Of a stretch of DNA of 64,000 nucleotides, positions 1 to 10,573 are shown piece by piece; positions within the stretch are counted from its first letter, which is position 1, and each line of letters opens with the position of its first letter. The translations under genes were made by a program, and so were the position numbers. The DNA comes from Andalucia godoyi And28 (Eukaryota; Protista; Jakobida), in the NCBI GenBank assembly GCA_009859145.1, contig VRVR01000003.1, positions 319,315-383,314 of the forward strand. The letters run 5' to 3'. The notes under the pieces are model-generated. The model did no database searches and was not told the DNA's origin. It worked only from the letters and a program-made list of their open reading frames with translations.

Positions 1-110
1 GTTGGTTTGTTTGTCGGATTTTCTTCGGCAAACTCTTCTTTTGCTTTTTTGAAGTCGACCTTTTCCCCTTCTCCTTTTTCACTGCATTATTCACAACTTC
101 TGACTCCGTC

Positions 111-332
111 ATGGCTCCTCATCCCGTCGCTATTGCTCTCAGTATTTTTTGCTTGGCTGTTGGTGGATTCTTTATCTATCTTGCCATTGATTCGACAGCC
201 TCTACTGAATGGACGATGAGAGCCCGAGAAGTTGCGAATTCTGTACAGATGCTGTCTGCGACCATCTGGGTTATTGGAGCTGTGCTTGTCATCGGCCTAG
301 GATCACTGGCACAAAAGCAGGCCATTTTGTAA
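111..332 (+). CDS. Small hypothetical two-TM membrane protein (73 aa)
   Basis: ATG-initiated ORF with two hydrophobic segments (VAIALSIFCLAVGGFFIYLAI; MLSATIWVIGAVLVIGLGSL). No family recognised. Confidence 0.45.
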   Translation: MAPHPVAIALSIFCLAVGGFFIYLAIDSTASTEWTMRAREVANSVQMLSATIWVIGAVLVIGLGSLAQKQAIL

Positions 333-399
333 GAATGTATCTCAGTTTTTGAATTTCCCTTCTTGGGTTTGTTGCATTCCGTGGAAAATGTGTCACACC

Positions 400-1880
400 T
401 TTTCCCTTCCCAAATCTGCTGCCTGTATTTTCTTCGCCTTCGCCACTGTATCCTCCGCTGCATGCTATATGCTTGGGTGTACTTCTTTGTAAAGTTTTCG
501 CCAGGTTACGTCTTCACAACACGATGACGGTTCCATTACATTGTTTACGTCTTCTCGCAGAAAAAAGAAAGCCTGAAGCTTCTTCTGAAGCGATTTCCTT
601 TCACTCAAATTCCGCAACAAGAATTCTGCGTCAGTCCATAGATTGTCCTTTGCTTCGAAACAAAAATGCTGTGGTCATTCTGCTGATCTGCGCGAAGAAT
701 GCCTCGAAAGATCAGAACTTTCGTGAATTCTTTCAGATTTCTACAGGGGAAGAAAATCAAATTTAGTGCAGACCAAGCTGTTTAGAGCAGGTGAGCCAGA
801 AATGGGATGGTAATCGGAGAGATCGCTTTGGCAACTGTTTTTCGGATACAAAAATACCAGTGCCGGTGCCACTGATCTGGATTCCCGTAACACCCTAATG
901 GAAAAAAGAGATTTTCCGATTGCCAACAGTTCGCTCAAAACCCGCTTCGACATTTCAAAAGAAATTTCGACTCTCTTTTCAATGCACTTCTTGTATCTCT
1001 TGTGCAAATGCAATACTTATGATATTGTCCTTGCTGTACACTTCATCCGGAGCGATTCGTTTGTATTCCAGATATTGTCAAGTTCGCTCCTTTTATCACC
1101 AAAACACTTCTTCCAGGACCCGATAAATGGTTCTAGATGGCAAGGCGGCGTCAACAGCATCAGGATGTTCGGAGAGTTCCTTGTAATCGATGTAAACGCT
1201 GATCACATCCGGTCGATTCATAGCACAAATGGCAAGATGGTTCTTTCAGCATGGTTGTCTTCCCAATGCCACAGATCCTTGAAGGAAGATTGATCCAGTT
1301 GAGCCTTTCTTCTTTTGAGAAATACCTGTTGATATTCATGGACAATCCGTTTGGAAAGTTGTTCACCTGCTCAACAAGAAAAAGGGGAAGGGCATTTGTT
1401 GTCCAGCGGCCAGTTCTTCAGAAGCAGTTCCCAAAGCAAATTCATTCGAGAAAAAACAGCTCCTCCACTTTTTAATTCTGTGCCCGAAACAATATCTGTT
1501 ATTTTTCCGTAAGAAAGGAATCTCGTCGTATTGGAAGTTCGCGGAAAGTGCAATACGGTTGACCGTTTTGTTTATCAACGTTGACCATCAAACAATATCA
1601 TATCGGAAGTTTTTTAATAACCCTCCAACCCAAAACGACTGGTGGACGGCTGTGAATATCATCGGATAGTATGGCTGAAGGTGTGTAGGTCGAGGCCCAA
1701 TGAGACGCTGTCGAATACTGACAACCCGATTCCTTGTTATCGATGATGGGCGCTGATGCGGATTGCAAAGGTTACTGTACGCCAAAAACATCTGTCTGAG
1801 GCGCAGCATCCGAACCGAATGTTTGGAGAGAGGGGAGTACCTGCACATGTGTATGGAAAATGAGTCGGGTCTGTTGTACT
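400..1880 (-). pseudogene. Decayed P-loop NTPase (AAA+/STAND- or Crinkler/RHS-NTPase-like) gene
   Basis: Joining frames on the minus strand gives Walker A-like RICGIGKTTMLK (GIGKTT at 1253-1270), then a +1 shift into NHLAICAMNRPDVISVYIDYKEL, Walker B-like IISIAFAQEIQEV (about 988-1020) and VLSELLAIGKS..IRV(L)TGS..VAPALVF (about 860-950). Several in-frame stops and frameshifts. Boundaries are approximate. Confidence 0.6.
1618..1843. repeat. Dispersed duplicated segment, copy 1 (paralogous to 38251-38491)
   Basis: 1701-1759 is identical to 38336-38394 (59 nt) and 1660-1683 is identical to 38295-38318 (24 nt). Both copies start taaccctccaaccc and end tacctg. Confidence 0.92.
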
Positions 1881-2019
1881 TCTACTCAACAGTAAGTCGG
1901 CTAGCCAGCAGAACCTCACTTGTTCATGAAGCGTTTTTGTTCTGTTTTTTTCTTTCTTTCTCATTCCATCCCCATGCAGTGTATCGCAAAGAATCGCAAA
2001 TCTATTTACGTGCTCGTAC

Positions 2020-2808
2020 ATGGAGTTCCGATCACCTGTGCGAGGAGCATTGCATCCTGAAGCCTCTGAGGATCCACTGTATACAAAGAACTTTCGACAC
2101 CTGTTTCTCATCAACGATTTCAAAATCACCACGTTACTTTTGAAGCAATTGAGTCCCGTGGAAGGGCAGGTTCTTGTGGTTCCTACTATTCACGGCTCTC
2201 CCGAAGGGTGGTCAGGATGTGTTTTTGTTCGTCAAGGTCCGTACAGTAATGCTGTCCTCCGGTTTGTTTTGCGCTTTCCTGAGCAGTATCCTGACCACGC
2301 ATTCCCAACTCTAGAGTTTGTGGACGAGACTGTAGTCCATCCTCTTGTCTTTCCAAGGAATGCTGGTCCGAATGGGGGGTGTTTTGAATGCAGGCACATT
2401 GTTCGTCGAATGTTTGAATCCCCGGATGAAAAACACAAGTGTGTTCCCTATTGGATGCTTCGGTACGTGTTGCAGGCTTTCAATTCGGTTGATCGCATTG
2501 AACGATGTGTGAAGGATTTTCCAAGAGACATTCCATTTCCGAATCCGGGCACTCGAGACCTGTTTTTCCAGGATCGACACGAGTTTGTCAAGCTTGCTCA
2601 TGCTTCTGCTTCGCAATGCCGAAGGGTCGCACTGGAATTTGGCATCGGAGGCACACAACCGCGCCAGGTTCTTGGAAGACCGAACGTTTCAGTGTTGTGG
2701 AAGCGAATTCGTGAATATTTTCCACAGCGAGTTGATTCAAATGTGCCTTTCATTGACTGGGTTTCTCGTGAATTTGGAGACATCATTTCCGCGTCAGTGC
2801 CTCGATAG
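2020..2808 (+). CDS. AKTIP: AKTIP/Ft1-like ubiquitin-conjugating enzyme variant
   Basis: WSGCVFVRQGPYSNAVLRFVLRFPEQYP...VHPLV matches the UBC-like AKTIP/crossbronx pattern; no obvious catalytic HPN-x-C motif. Confidence 0.75.
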   Translation: MEFRSPVRGALHPEASEDPLYTKNFRHLFLINDFKITTLLLKQLSPVEGQVLVVPTIHGSPEGWSGCVFVRQGPYSNAVLRFVLRFPEQYPDHAFPTLEFVDETVVHPLVFPRNAGPNGGCFECRHIVRRMFESPDEKHKCVPYWMLRYVLQAFNSVDRIERCVKDFPRDIPFPNPGTRDLFFQDRHEFVKLAHASASQCRRVALEFGIGGTQPRQVLGRPNVSVLWKRIREYFPQRVDSNVPFIDWVSREFGDIISASVPR

Positions 2809-2900
2809 TAAAACTTTCTTATCCTTCCTTCAGAAAAAATGTTTATCAGCTTCAGAATTCCCCCTTTCTCGTGTCTATGGTTCTGTAATGGCGCTGTTCC

Positions 2901-5900
2901 CTAATTCCAGGACAAACCGGTGATGTCCTCCGCATCCTCCACATCCATCGACATAGAAAAGAAAGAGGTTGCCGTTGTCGACCTGGAAAATACCTTGGGA
3001 TCGGTGATCGCAAGACTGTCCAGCGCTCCAGCTGTTCCTCTTTTCTCGGTGAAGTACCGCTGGAATGGATTGATTGCGCTTTTCCCGTGGCAGTGTCCGC
3101 AAGTTTTGCAAGGAAGGCCAACTAAGCGACAATCAAGATCTAAACGGCTTCTATCCTCTGAATGAGAGAAAGAAAAAGCCGTTATCAACTCCGGCGGCAA
3201 AAGCGCAACATCGACACACCTTGCAAAGCAAGACATTGCATCACCAGCAACAATGTGTTCTTTTTGAGACTTTGAGGACACCAAAATATCCATTCCGTAT
3301 GCAGAGGTTCCGGAGAACAGGTAGATAAGCGAGATTGTCAAATCCCATATCTCTCCCAGTCTTGCAAATGTTCCCGAAACCGAAAGCAAAGCGTGGAATT
3401 CTCCAAGCAGCCAAAAGTACACACAGGTCAGCTTCAACATGTACCACCATTTGTCCGAAAGCGCAGATACACCTTTCCATTCCTCAAGGATAAGAGAAAC
3501 GAAACCTGCACCTGCGGCACCCGTGTGAATCACCTTGGCCACAGATTCTGCGCGAACGTTGGTGTCCGCTGTTTCGCCGAGATCCTTGACCAATCCAATG
3601 CACGCACTCACAGAATACAAATGCGACAACAGCGCTTCCTGTACGTCCAACGAAGACATCTGCTCAGAAGAGGAGACGAATTTAAAGAGAAGCAACGGAA
3701 CTGCATCTACGATTTGAATGAGTGCTTTCCACCGTCTCGAAATATGGTCTTTTGCTTTTGCGGAAAACCGGAAGTCGCCATCAATGAAGGATCCGAATGC
3801 GTCAGTTACGATTGAAAATACATGACTGCACATCAGCACATCAGCGTGCAGTTCTGCGCTTTGAAATTCCTCCAAAAACCACTGGAAAACCAGCGTCGAA
3901 GAAGGAAGATAGCGAAACGAAGACACACAAATCCTGCGAGCTTTCTCCTCGTTGACTGTACCAAAAATTCTAACCAGCTCTTTCCTGAAGCCAGAGTTCC
4001 CTTGATTCAAGGTGACGAATAGCTCGAGATAGACAGCGAGAACACGCGATACAATTGGAGAATATACTTGACTTGTCAATTCGAGAATCTGAACCGCAAC
4101 ATTAGGGCTCACAAAAACCAGGTTGGATTTCTCGACAGCTGCAACAGAGGTTGGAACAACAGAAACAACCACAGCACTCAAAAAGAACAAGGACGCGGTC
4201 GCAGAGTTGCCTTCCGGGTTTTCACGAATACACTGTTGGACGTGAGAAACCCTCTCAGTCAGCAAGTCCGAAAGTTCCTGATAGTCCACTTGCCAAATGT
4301 TCGAGAAGATAGAGGATCGTAGTAATGCACACAGTGCGTCCCGCGCAACCTGCTCTTGGCTCTTTTCTGCAAGTTCAAATAACAGATCCTTCCACAGGTT
4401 CAGTGAGAACAACGAATGTCCAAATGACTCGGCATTCGAAATTGTGTACGTGATGGCCGAGCAAGCTAACGAAAGGGAATTTGCATCGTTATTGGAAAGA
4501 CAGCAGTTCAAAATCCCACCAACCCAATTTCGGACAGAAAACTCTTTTCCCCCCAGAATGCTACGGTATTCTGCAGAGACGGAAAATTTGGAAACATCCG
4601 AAATGGGGACGGAGACACCCATGATGGACGAAATCACATATTCGAAGTACTCAAAGATCTCTCTAAGAACTGCAGTCTGAGCTCTTGGGGAATTTAGCAA
4701 AGTGCTAAGTACGTCACACAGTTGCGTTATCAAACCCCAGTTCTCAAACAGCTTCAGAATTCTTAAAACAAGGAAGGGAGGTGTGTCTCCTTGAACGCAG
4801 AATGGCGCAAGACTACGATACATTTGCAAACATAATTCAACATCGAACTGGACATCCTTGAGAACAGGATCCGGTCCGGTACGTAGAGCTCCATCCGTGC
4901 GAGACATGCCGCGAGAAGAAGGAATGATGAAAGCTTCCGTGGACGAAGACTTTTCGACAGGTTTGATACTTAGCTCTGACAAGAGCTCACCAAACCCAAG
5001 TTCACGAAACCATTCACTTTCACCGCGAGATAGGAAAGAGTTCTTCGAATTCCAAAAGGCAGCAACAGAGCTGTACGATTCCTGAATGGCAGATACCAGC
5101 AGAAGACTCAGAAATCGTTTTCGGTCGTCAACCGACGACTGTCGCGAAAACGCACCAGAAGCTCGGTTGCCAACGAGTGGAGAGGGCTCCGGATCGTGCC
5201 AAATTCCTCGATCAACAACTTGACGCGGTTTAGAATCCATTCCAGCCACAGCTGGTCTCTTGGACGGAATTTCAATCTTGGAAGACGGTCGCTTAAGAGA
5301 GACGACAGCACGTGGCGCGCTGCCTCCCTCAAAAGAAAATCCCGAAGAATTGAGATCGAATCGTACATCCGGAACGTCATTTGGCACAGAAATGAGAAGA
5401 AAAGAGAGCACCGCTTTTTGTTTGTCCGATAATCCAGAGTTAACGGCGCTCATTACAAGTTTCATAAAGCGACGAAGGGAAAATAAATCCAATCTCATCA
5501 AATCAGCGATAAATAGACTGTATGTCCTGACATGAGAAAATGTCTGGGAAGACAGTAGAAAGACACTGTCAGCACCGTTCAGCAATTGATTCAAGATTGC
5601 CGTCTCAAAAGAAGAGCGAATGCGAGAACGCACGGAAGTAACACGGCTCAACAAGGATTTAAGAAGATCTGTTCGCTGCAGCATTTGATTCAAGGAGCGA
5701 TTTAGAGCGGAAAGCAGGCTGTAAACAATTCCTCGATGAACAAAAGAGTCTCGGGTGCCTAACTCCTTCGAAAAAACATAATCCACTATAGATCGGGACC
5801 ACTCCCCACAGAACGACCACATCACCGCCAAGAAGTGCCGAAACACCTCTTCATTAAACGGTTGCGATGCTCCACTGGGCCCCACAACTTGGCCACTGTA

Positions 5901-7671
5901 CGATGGACGTTGAAAAATGTCCAGAGATAATGGAAACGGCGCCAGGATGCAACGCGGTGGAACGTCGACAACATCTTTTGAAAGCCAAAACTCAGGGGGA
6001 ATACTGATGAGCTGGTGAAAACCAGTTTTTCCGAGATGCAGGCACAGTGACGGGTTCTTTCTCACCAAAAACAAGCATCTGTACAAGGCACTTTCATCCA
6101 TTCGTCGACGGCAAACCAGAGAAACCCCAGCATCCCTGGAAGCTCCTGCAGAAGGAGCCATAATCGACAATACGGATTTCAGAATTCGCAAGAAGGAAGC
6201 GTGAACATCTGCAGCCTGACCGACCAAATCACTTCGGCCAAAAAAGCTTCGACTGGACTCGCGCTCGATTGCTTTCGATAAAACGGCCTCAACAGACACG
6301 GATCGATCAATCCACAAAGACGTCATGAGCAAGACAGACAACTTTCCAGAACCAGAGAAGAAAGTATGCAGAAGATTACAAAGAATCGCAAGGTAACAAA
6401 CATAGGAACTTGGAAGGGAAACCTGTTCCTTCACGAAAGTTTCACGAAGCAGATTCAAAATGACATCGAAACCGATTTCCCGAAGCAGTCTCTGGGGCCT
6501 TAGGAAACCCTTCTCGCAAAAATACTGGAGAATTTGCAAAACATATAAATACATAACGACTTCTTTCCAATTGAAATCTGTCCGAAGTGCTCTCTTTGAC
6601 GTGTCTGCGAAACACAAAGAGAGCAACTTTTCAATGAAGAACCGAATCCATCCGTCGTGGCCAAAAAATGACTTGGATGTTTTGAGATTTTGGTCCCAGG
6701 TCTTAAAAATGATTTCTGAAGACAACAACACTCTTCCTGGAGGCACTCTATGGAGAATAAACATGTCAATAAGCCGCCGCGCCTCTGAAAACAAGTGTGA
6801 TTCGAGAGGCTTTACAAGATCCGGCCTAAAGAAGTATGCAAACCCTTCCATCAGCCTCCGCACAACAGCATCGGACATCATGGAGATCCCAACGGCCTCC
6901 GAAAAAGGCATGCCGTTGACCAGGTATTGTCCATTGTTGAAGGATGGCGCAAGAGAAATCGAAAACGCTTTGCACGCCACAACGGAGAGTGCAGCATTGA
7001 AAGAACCTTTCCGATCCTGGGGAATGCAAGCAGACGTAAGAAGCAAAAACACATACACATACACAAGAAAGGATACATGAACAAAGAGAAACGTTGAAAA
7101 AACAGAAAGACTCTCCAGAAACATACAGCACTCAATTTTTCTTTTCTGAAATCCGAAAAATGGCCTGCAAGATCGTGTAAAGAACACTTGACTTTGGTCA
7201 GGATGGTCTGACGATCAAACAATGGTTGGCGTTCCGATACCTAGACAGCAAAATGAGCAGACAAGAACACAAGATACGCACAACAAATGATAATCATACT
7301 CTTACAGGAGGAATCATAGACCATCCTTTTGGATCTTTCAGGAGCTTGTCCGCTGGAGCCTTGCGCCAAACAGAATCACTGCTAAATAACTCTGGATAAC
7401 CAAATCGAAGTTTCCCAATGTCTCGAGGAACGGCGTCAAGAAGAGTGGAACTCAAAGGATACACAGGGCCAGAACTGGATGCTCTCAGTTTTTGAAGCCA
7501 CACCGCATGCGGCCCTTCACAAGTCAAGGGATGTGTAGAAGACCGGGGGCCAGCAGAGGATGGTTGTTGTGAAACTTGCAAAGGCTGAGAATTGCCTATA
7601 ACAGCATTGGCCGGTTGAGACCCTGGCTGTCTTTCCCAGCCTGCGTTATCTACAAATCCAATATCTGACAT
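2901..7671 (-). CDS. Large helical protein, possibly Mediator subunit MED12-like (3 exons)
   Basis: Exons 7671-7306, 7240-7127 and 7016-2901 join in phase 0 through GT..AG introns (7305-7241; 7126-7017). The N-terminal RFGYPELF..KGWSMIPPVSE..DLAGHFSDFRKEKLS resembles the MED12 N-terminus (LGPPDVY..KQGFNNQPAV..SNFSSIIAEKL). The CDS is secure; the family call is tentative. Confidence 0.6.
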
Positions 7672-8236
7672 GAGTGTCGCTACAATATGGCCGTGGAGAA
7701 ATCACCTTCAACCGTGTGGCGTCCTGAGTTTTCTGGTTGTTGAATATTTCACAAGCCCAACTTGCAGATATGCAAAAATAAATAAAAAAGAATAAAAAAT
7801 AAATAAGAAATGAAGAGAAAAAGGCTGCGGAAGGATGTCCGCAGTACAGCAGCAAGTTCGCAAGTACATACCGGAAGGTGGAGCAAGTTTTGGCAAAACA
7901 CAAGGAAGGGGAACGGGCTCCGTGTGCAACCGATTAAGATTTTCGAGGCCTACATTCTCACGCAGCGGATGCAATAGAGTTCACACACCTTTTTTTAATA
8001 ATCTGGAGCATAATTCTCTTTCAAAATGTGAATGAAACATTTTACATGATAGGTGCTGGTTCATTTCATTCGTTGCAGAACAGTCAGCAGGTGTTCTCAT
8101 CATGGAACACACATGCACTGTAGACTGAGCAATGCTCCAAGTCTCACGACGGAAACCACATCCGCAATGCATCGTTGCATCGGACCTATCATCTTCTTGG
8201 CAACGACGGAGTAAATTCAACGCAAAAAGGAGGATT

Positions 8237-9391
8237 TCAATACATCTTGTACTTCAGCAACCGACACTCGATGGGCCCATTAAAACATATCAGCCTGGCA
8301 GATGTACGCAAGCCAACATGCTTGGCAGCATCGGAATCTCCACAAAGAATGGAGGCGTCCCATCCTTTGAAGTGATGCTTGAGGAGATCCCCTATTTCTC
8401 TGTGCATGTCGAACAACTGCGTCCCCTTATTTCCTATGCGAACTCCATACGGAGGATTGGTGATGAACAGTCCTTTTGGGAACAATGGTCGGGAATTTGA
8501 AAACGATTTCTGTTCCAGAAGCACCATGTCGGCGACCCCTGCAGCAATCAGCGAGGAAGACGCAATCTTCAAAGCGTCTGCAGACAAGTCGGATCCCGAA
8601 ATTCGTCTATTCGTTGAGCGATTCATGGTGGTTCGCGCTTCGACGACTAGATCACTCCACAACGATTTGTCGTGGCGTAGCCAAGTTTGGAAACCGTGAT
8701 GATTCCTCATCAACCCCGGTGCAATGCCTGCCGAAATGAGAGCAGCCTCTACCAGGAATGTACCCGATCCGCACATAGGATCCACCAACTCTTGATACTC
8801 TGCAGAATTCACATCATCCCAGTCACTCATTAAGAGGAGGCCAGCAGCCAGATTCTCCTTGAGCGGAGCAGCACCTCCAGAGGTCATGCTGCGATATCCC
8901 CTCCTATGCAAACTGTCTCCGGACAGATCAATGGAAATCGATGTTTTATCTCCGTGGATGTGCACGTTGAGACGAAGATCCGGCTTGTCTGAATCCACCG
9001 AAGGTCGGGTTCCACTGCGACTACGCAATCGATCAACACACGCGTCTTTGACTTTCTGTGCCCCAAACATTGAATTTCTCAAAAACGAATCCTTGTTGGA
9101 GCAATCCACTGCGAGCGTGCCCTCTGGAGAAAGGTGCGATTCCCACGCAATCGAATGCGCTAATTCATACAGCTCATCTGAGCATGTTGTTCGACCGGAT
9201 GCAAGCGGAAGCAAGATGCGGTTGGCTGTCCTCGACCATAAACAAGCACGATATGCTGTTTCAATTGATCCTTTGAACGACACCCCCCCGACAATGCATT
9301 CCGCGCATGCAGCTTTGATCCTCCCAGAGAGCAATTCTGTTTTTAAGACATTCTCAAGACCTTTTCCAACAGTTGCAAAAAAGGAGTACAT
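8237..9391 (-). CDS. rlmL: Bacterial-type 23S rRNA (G2445-N2)-methyltransferase RlmL-like (THUMP + SAM MTase)
   Basis: ACLWSRTANRILL, DLSGDSLHRRGYR, APLKENLAAGLL, DPMCGSGT (motif I) and NPPYG (motif IV). Intronless, 384 aa. Confidence 0.88.
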   Translation of the reverse strand: MYSFFATVGKGLENVLKTELLSGRIKAACAECIVGGVSFKGSIETAYRACLWSRTANRILLPLASGRTTCSDELYELAHSIAWESHLSPEGTLAVDCSNKDSFLRNSMFGAQKVKDACVDRLRSRSGTRPSVDSDKPDLRLNVHIHGDKTSISIDLSGDSLHRRGYRSMTSGGAAPLKENLAAGLLLMSDWDDVNSAEYQELVDPMCGSGTFLVEAALISAGIAPGLMRNHHGFQTWLRHDKSLWSDLVVEARTTMNRSTNRRISGSDLSADALKIASSSLIAAGVADMVLLEQKSFSNSRPLFPKGLFITNPPYGVRIGNKGTQLFDMHREIGDLLKHHFKGWDASILCGDSDAAKHVGLRTSARLICFNGPIECRLLKYKMY

Positions 9392-9730
9392 TCAACAATA
9401 ATTAAAACAATGGAAATAAAGAAACACTGATTAGTGGTCAACAATGACCGAGAAATTCAAAGAAATGCAGGCAGGAGGCCATTTCTGGTTTCATGCAAAA
9501 AGTCTCAGAGTCATGCTCCGAGTCATGCTCCGAGTCCTCGATGCATTTGAGTCCGTTCCCCTCCCCCCTCAAAAAAACAAAGAGAAAAAGTCTGCCAATG
9601 AATTAAAAACACACACACACACACAGAAGCTGGACGCAATCAACCCCCGCACTTGCTGTCTGTGACAACAGTGATAATCAATTACAAGTTTGTGAATTGT
9701 TTAAATCGCATTTTTCACACCGAAAGTCTG

Positions 9731-10240
9731 ATGGCCGGAAGCAGTGCAAAAAAGCGACACGAGGCGAACCAAAAGTACCTAAAGGCTGTTCTTGCCGGGT
9801 GCGCCATTGTATCGATGCTGTTTGTTGGCTTCAACGACATGACGTTTGGCATGCTTTCTTATTACGCGTTCGTTGCTGGTCCAATGTGGATTTCGTTATT
9901 TGTGATCCGCTCGTCCATCAAGGCATCGTATGACGAAGAAGGAAAGGTCGTGGACTGTGGGGACTTTCTCTCAAGAGTCGGTCCTATAGAGTTCGCAAAG
10001 GATTGCGTGTGGCTCTCTTGGATTGCTGTTTCTCTTTGCGCGTTTTCAAACTGGGGTCTTCTTTTCTATGCCGCGATTCCAGTCGTCGGGGGGTATGGCG
10101 TGTATTCATGCTTCATCAAACCTCTGAAGGACATGCAGTCCCGTATGCAAGCTGCCGCTGGGGCACCGATTGTCTCCGAGAAGAAACAACGGAAGCAGGA
10201 TTTGAAGGAAAAGAGAATGGCGATGATGATGAGACGATAG
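9731..10240 (+). CDS. TMEM208: TMEM208/SND2 (DUF788) ER membrane protein
   Basis: MAGSSAKKRHEAN start; YDEEGKVVDCGDFL; DCVWLSW..LFYAAIP..GY; basic KKQRKQ tail. Confidence 0.85.
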   Translation: MAGSSAKKRHEANQKYLKAVLAGCAIVSMLFVGFNDMTFGMLSYYAFVAGPMWISLFVIRSSIKASYDEEGKVVDCGDFLSRVGPIEFAKDCVWLSWIAVSLCAFSNWGLLFYAAIPVVGGYGVYSCFIKPLKDMQSRMQAAAGAPIVSEKKQRKQDLKEKRMAMMMRR

Positions 10241-10573
10241 ATCGTTGTAAAAACAAGTGTCGTATATATATGTACATATATATATAGGTTTCTCTTTCAT
10301 TTGCGTATGTTTTCGTCCTGTACAAAGTGCGTTCCTTGTCCGCTCGTACAGAGCCTTCCAATTGCCCGAAGACCAAAGCTCTGTTGGATGCGCGGGCCGC
10401 GTTCATTCATTCAGCGTTTTCTCTCGGGGAAAACTGCCCCTCCCCACGTTGCGCTGCATCTCCAGGACGCTTTCCTCGCCCCGAATGTGTTGATCATAGA
10501 TATGCACTTCGCCACGTTCTTCTACTGAATGAGCTGAAAAAAAAACACCTCACTTTTCATTCCCAGGTCTACC

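Noticed and set aside
400-1400. Many in-frame TGA codons suggesting stop-codon reassignment
   Set aside because: TAA stops and frameshifts occur in the same region, and intact genes in the window end in TGA, TAA or TAG and have no internal stops. This is pseudogene decay.
1618-1843. The duplicated segment read as a MITE, U3 snoRNA, SECIS, hammerhead ribozyme or telomerase RNA (AACCCTCCAACCC template-like)
   Set aside because: The terminal inverted repeats are poor and differ between copies. The U3 GGAUCA box A and a conserved box D are missing, there is no CUGANGA core, and the SECIS helix does not pair. The synonymous substitution pattern points to a coding origin.
7830-8030. Possible fourth Fanzor remnant on the plus strand (QYSSK.., ggtggagcaagtttt similar to GGSKVF, RKGNGLR, gaggcctac, caatagagttcacac, ctttcaa)
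   Set aside because: The motifs are in the right order but each is short and degenerate, the spacing is compressed, and the diagnostic UGA..UCAG hairpin is absent. It needs an HMM or covariance-model search before it can be called.
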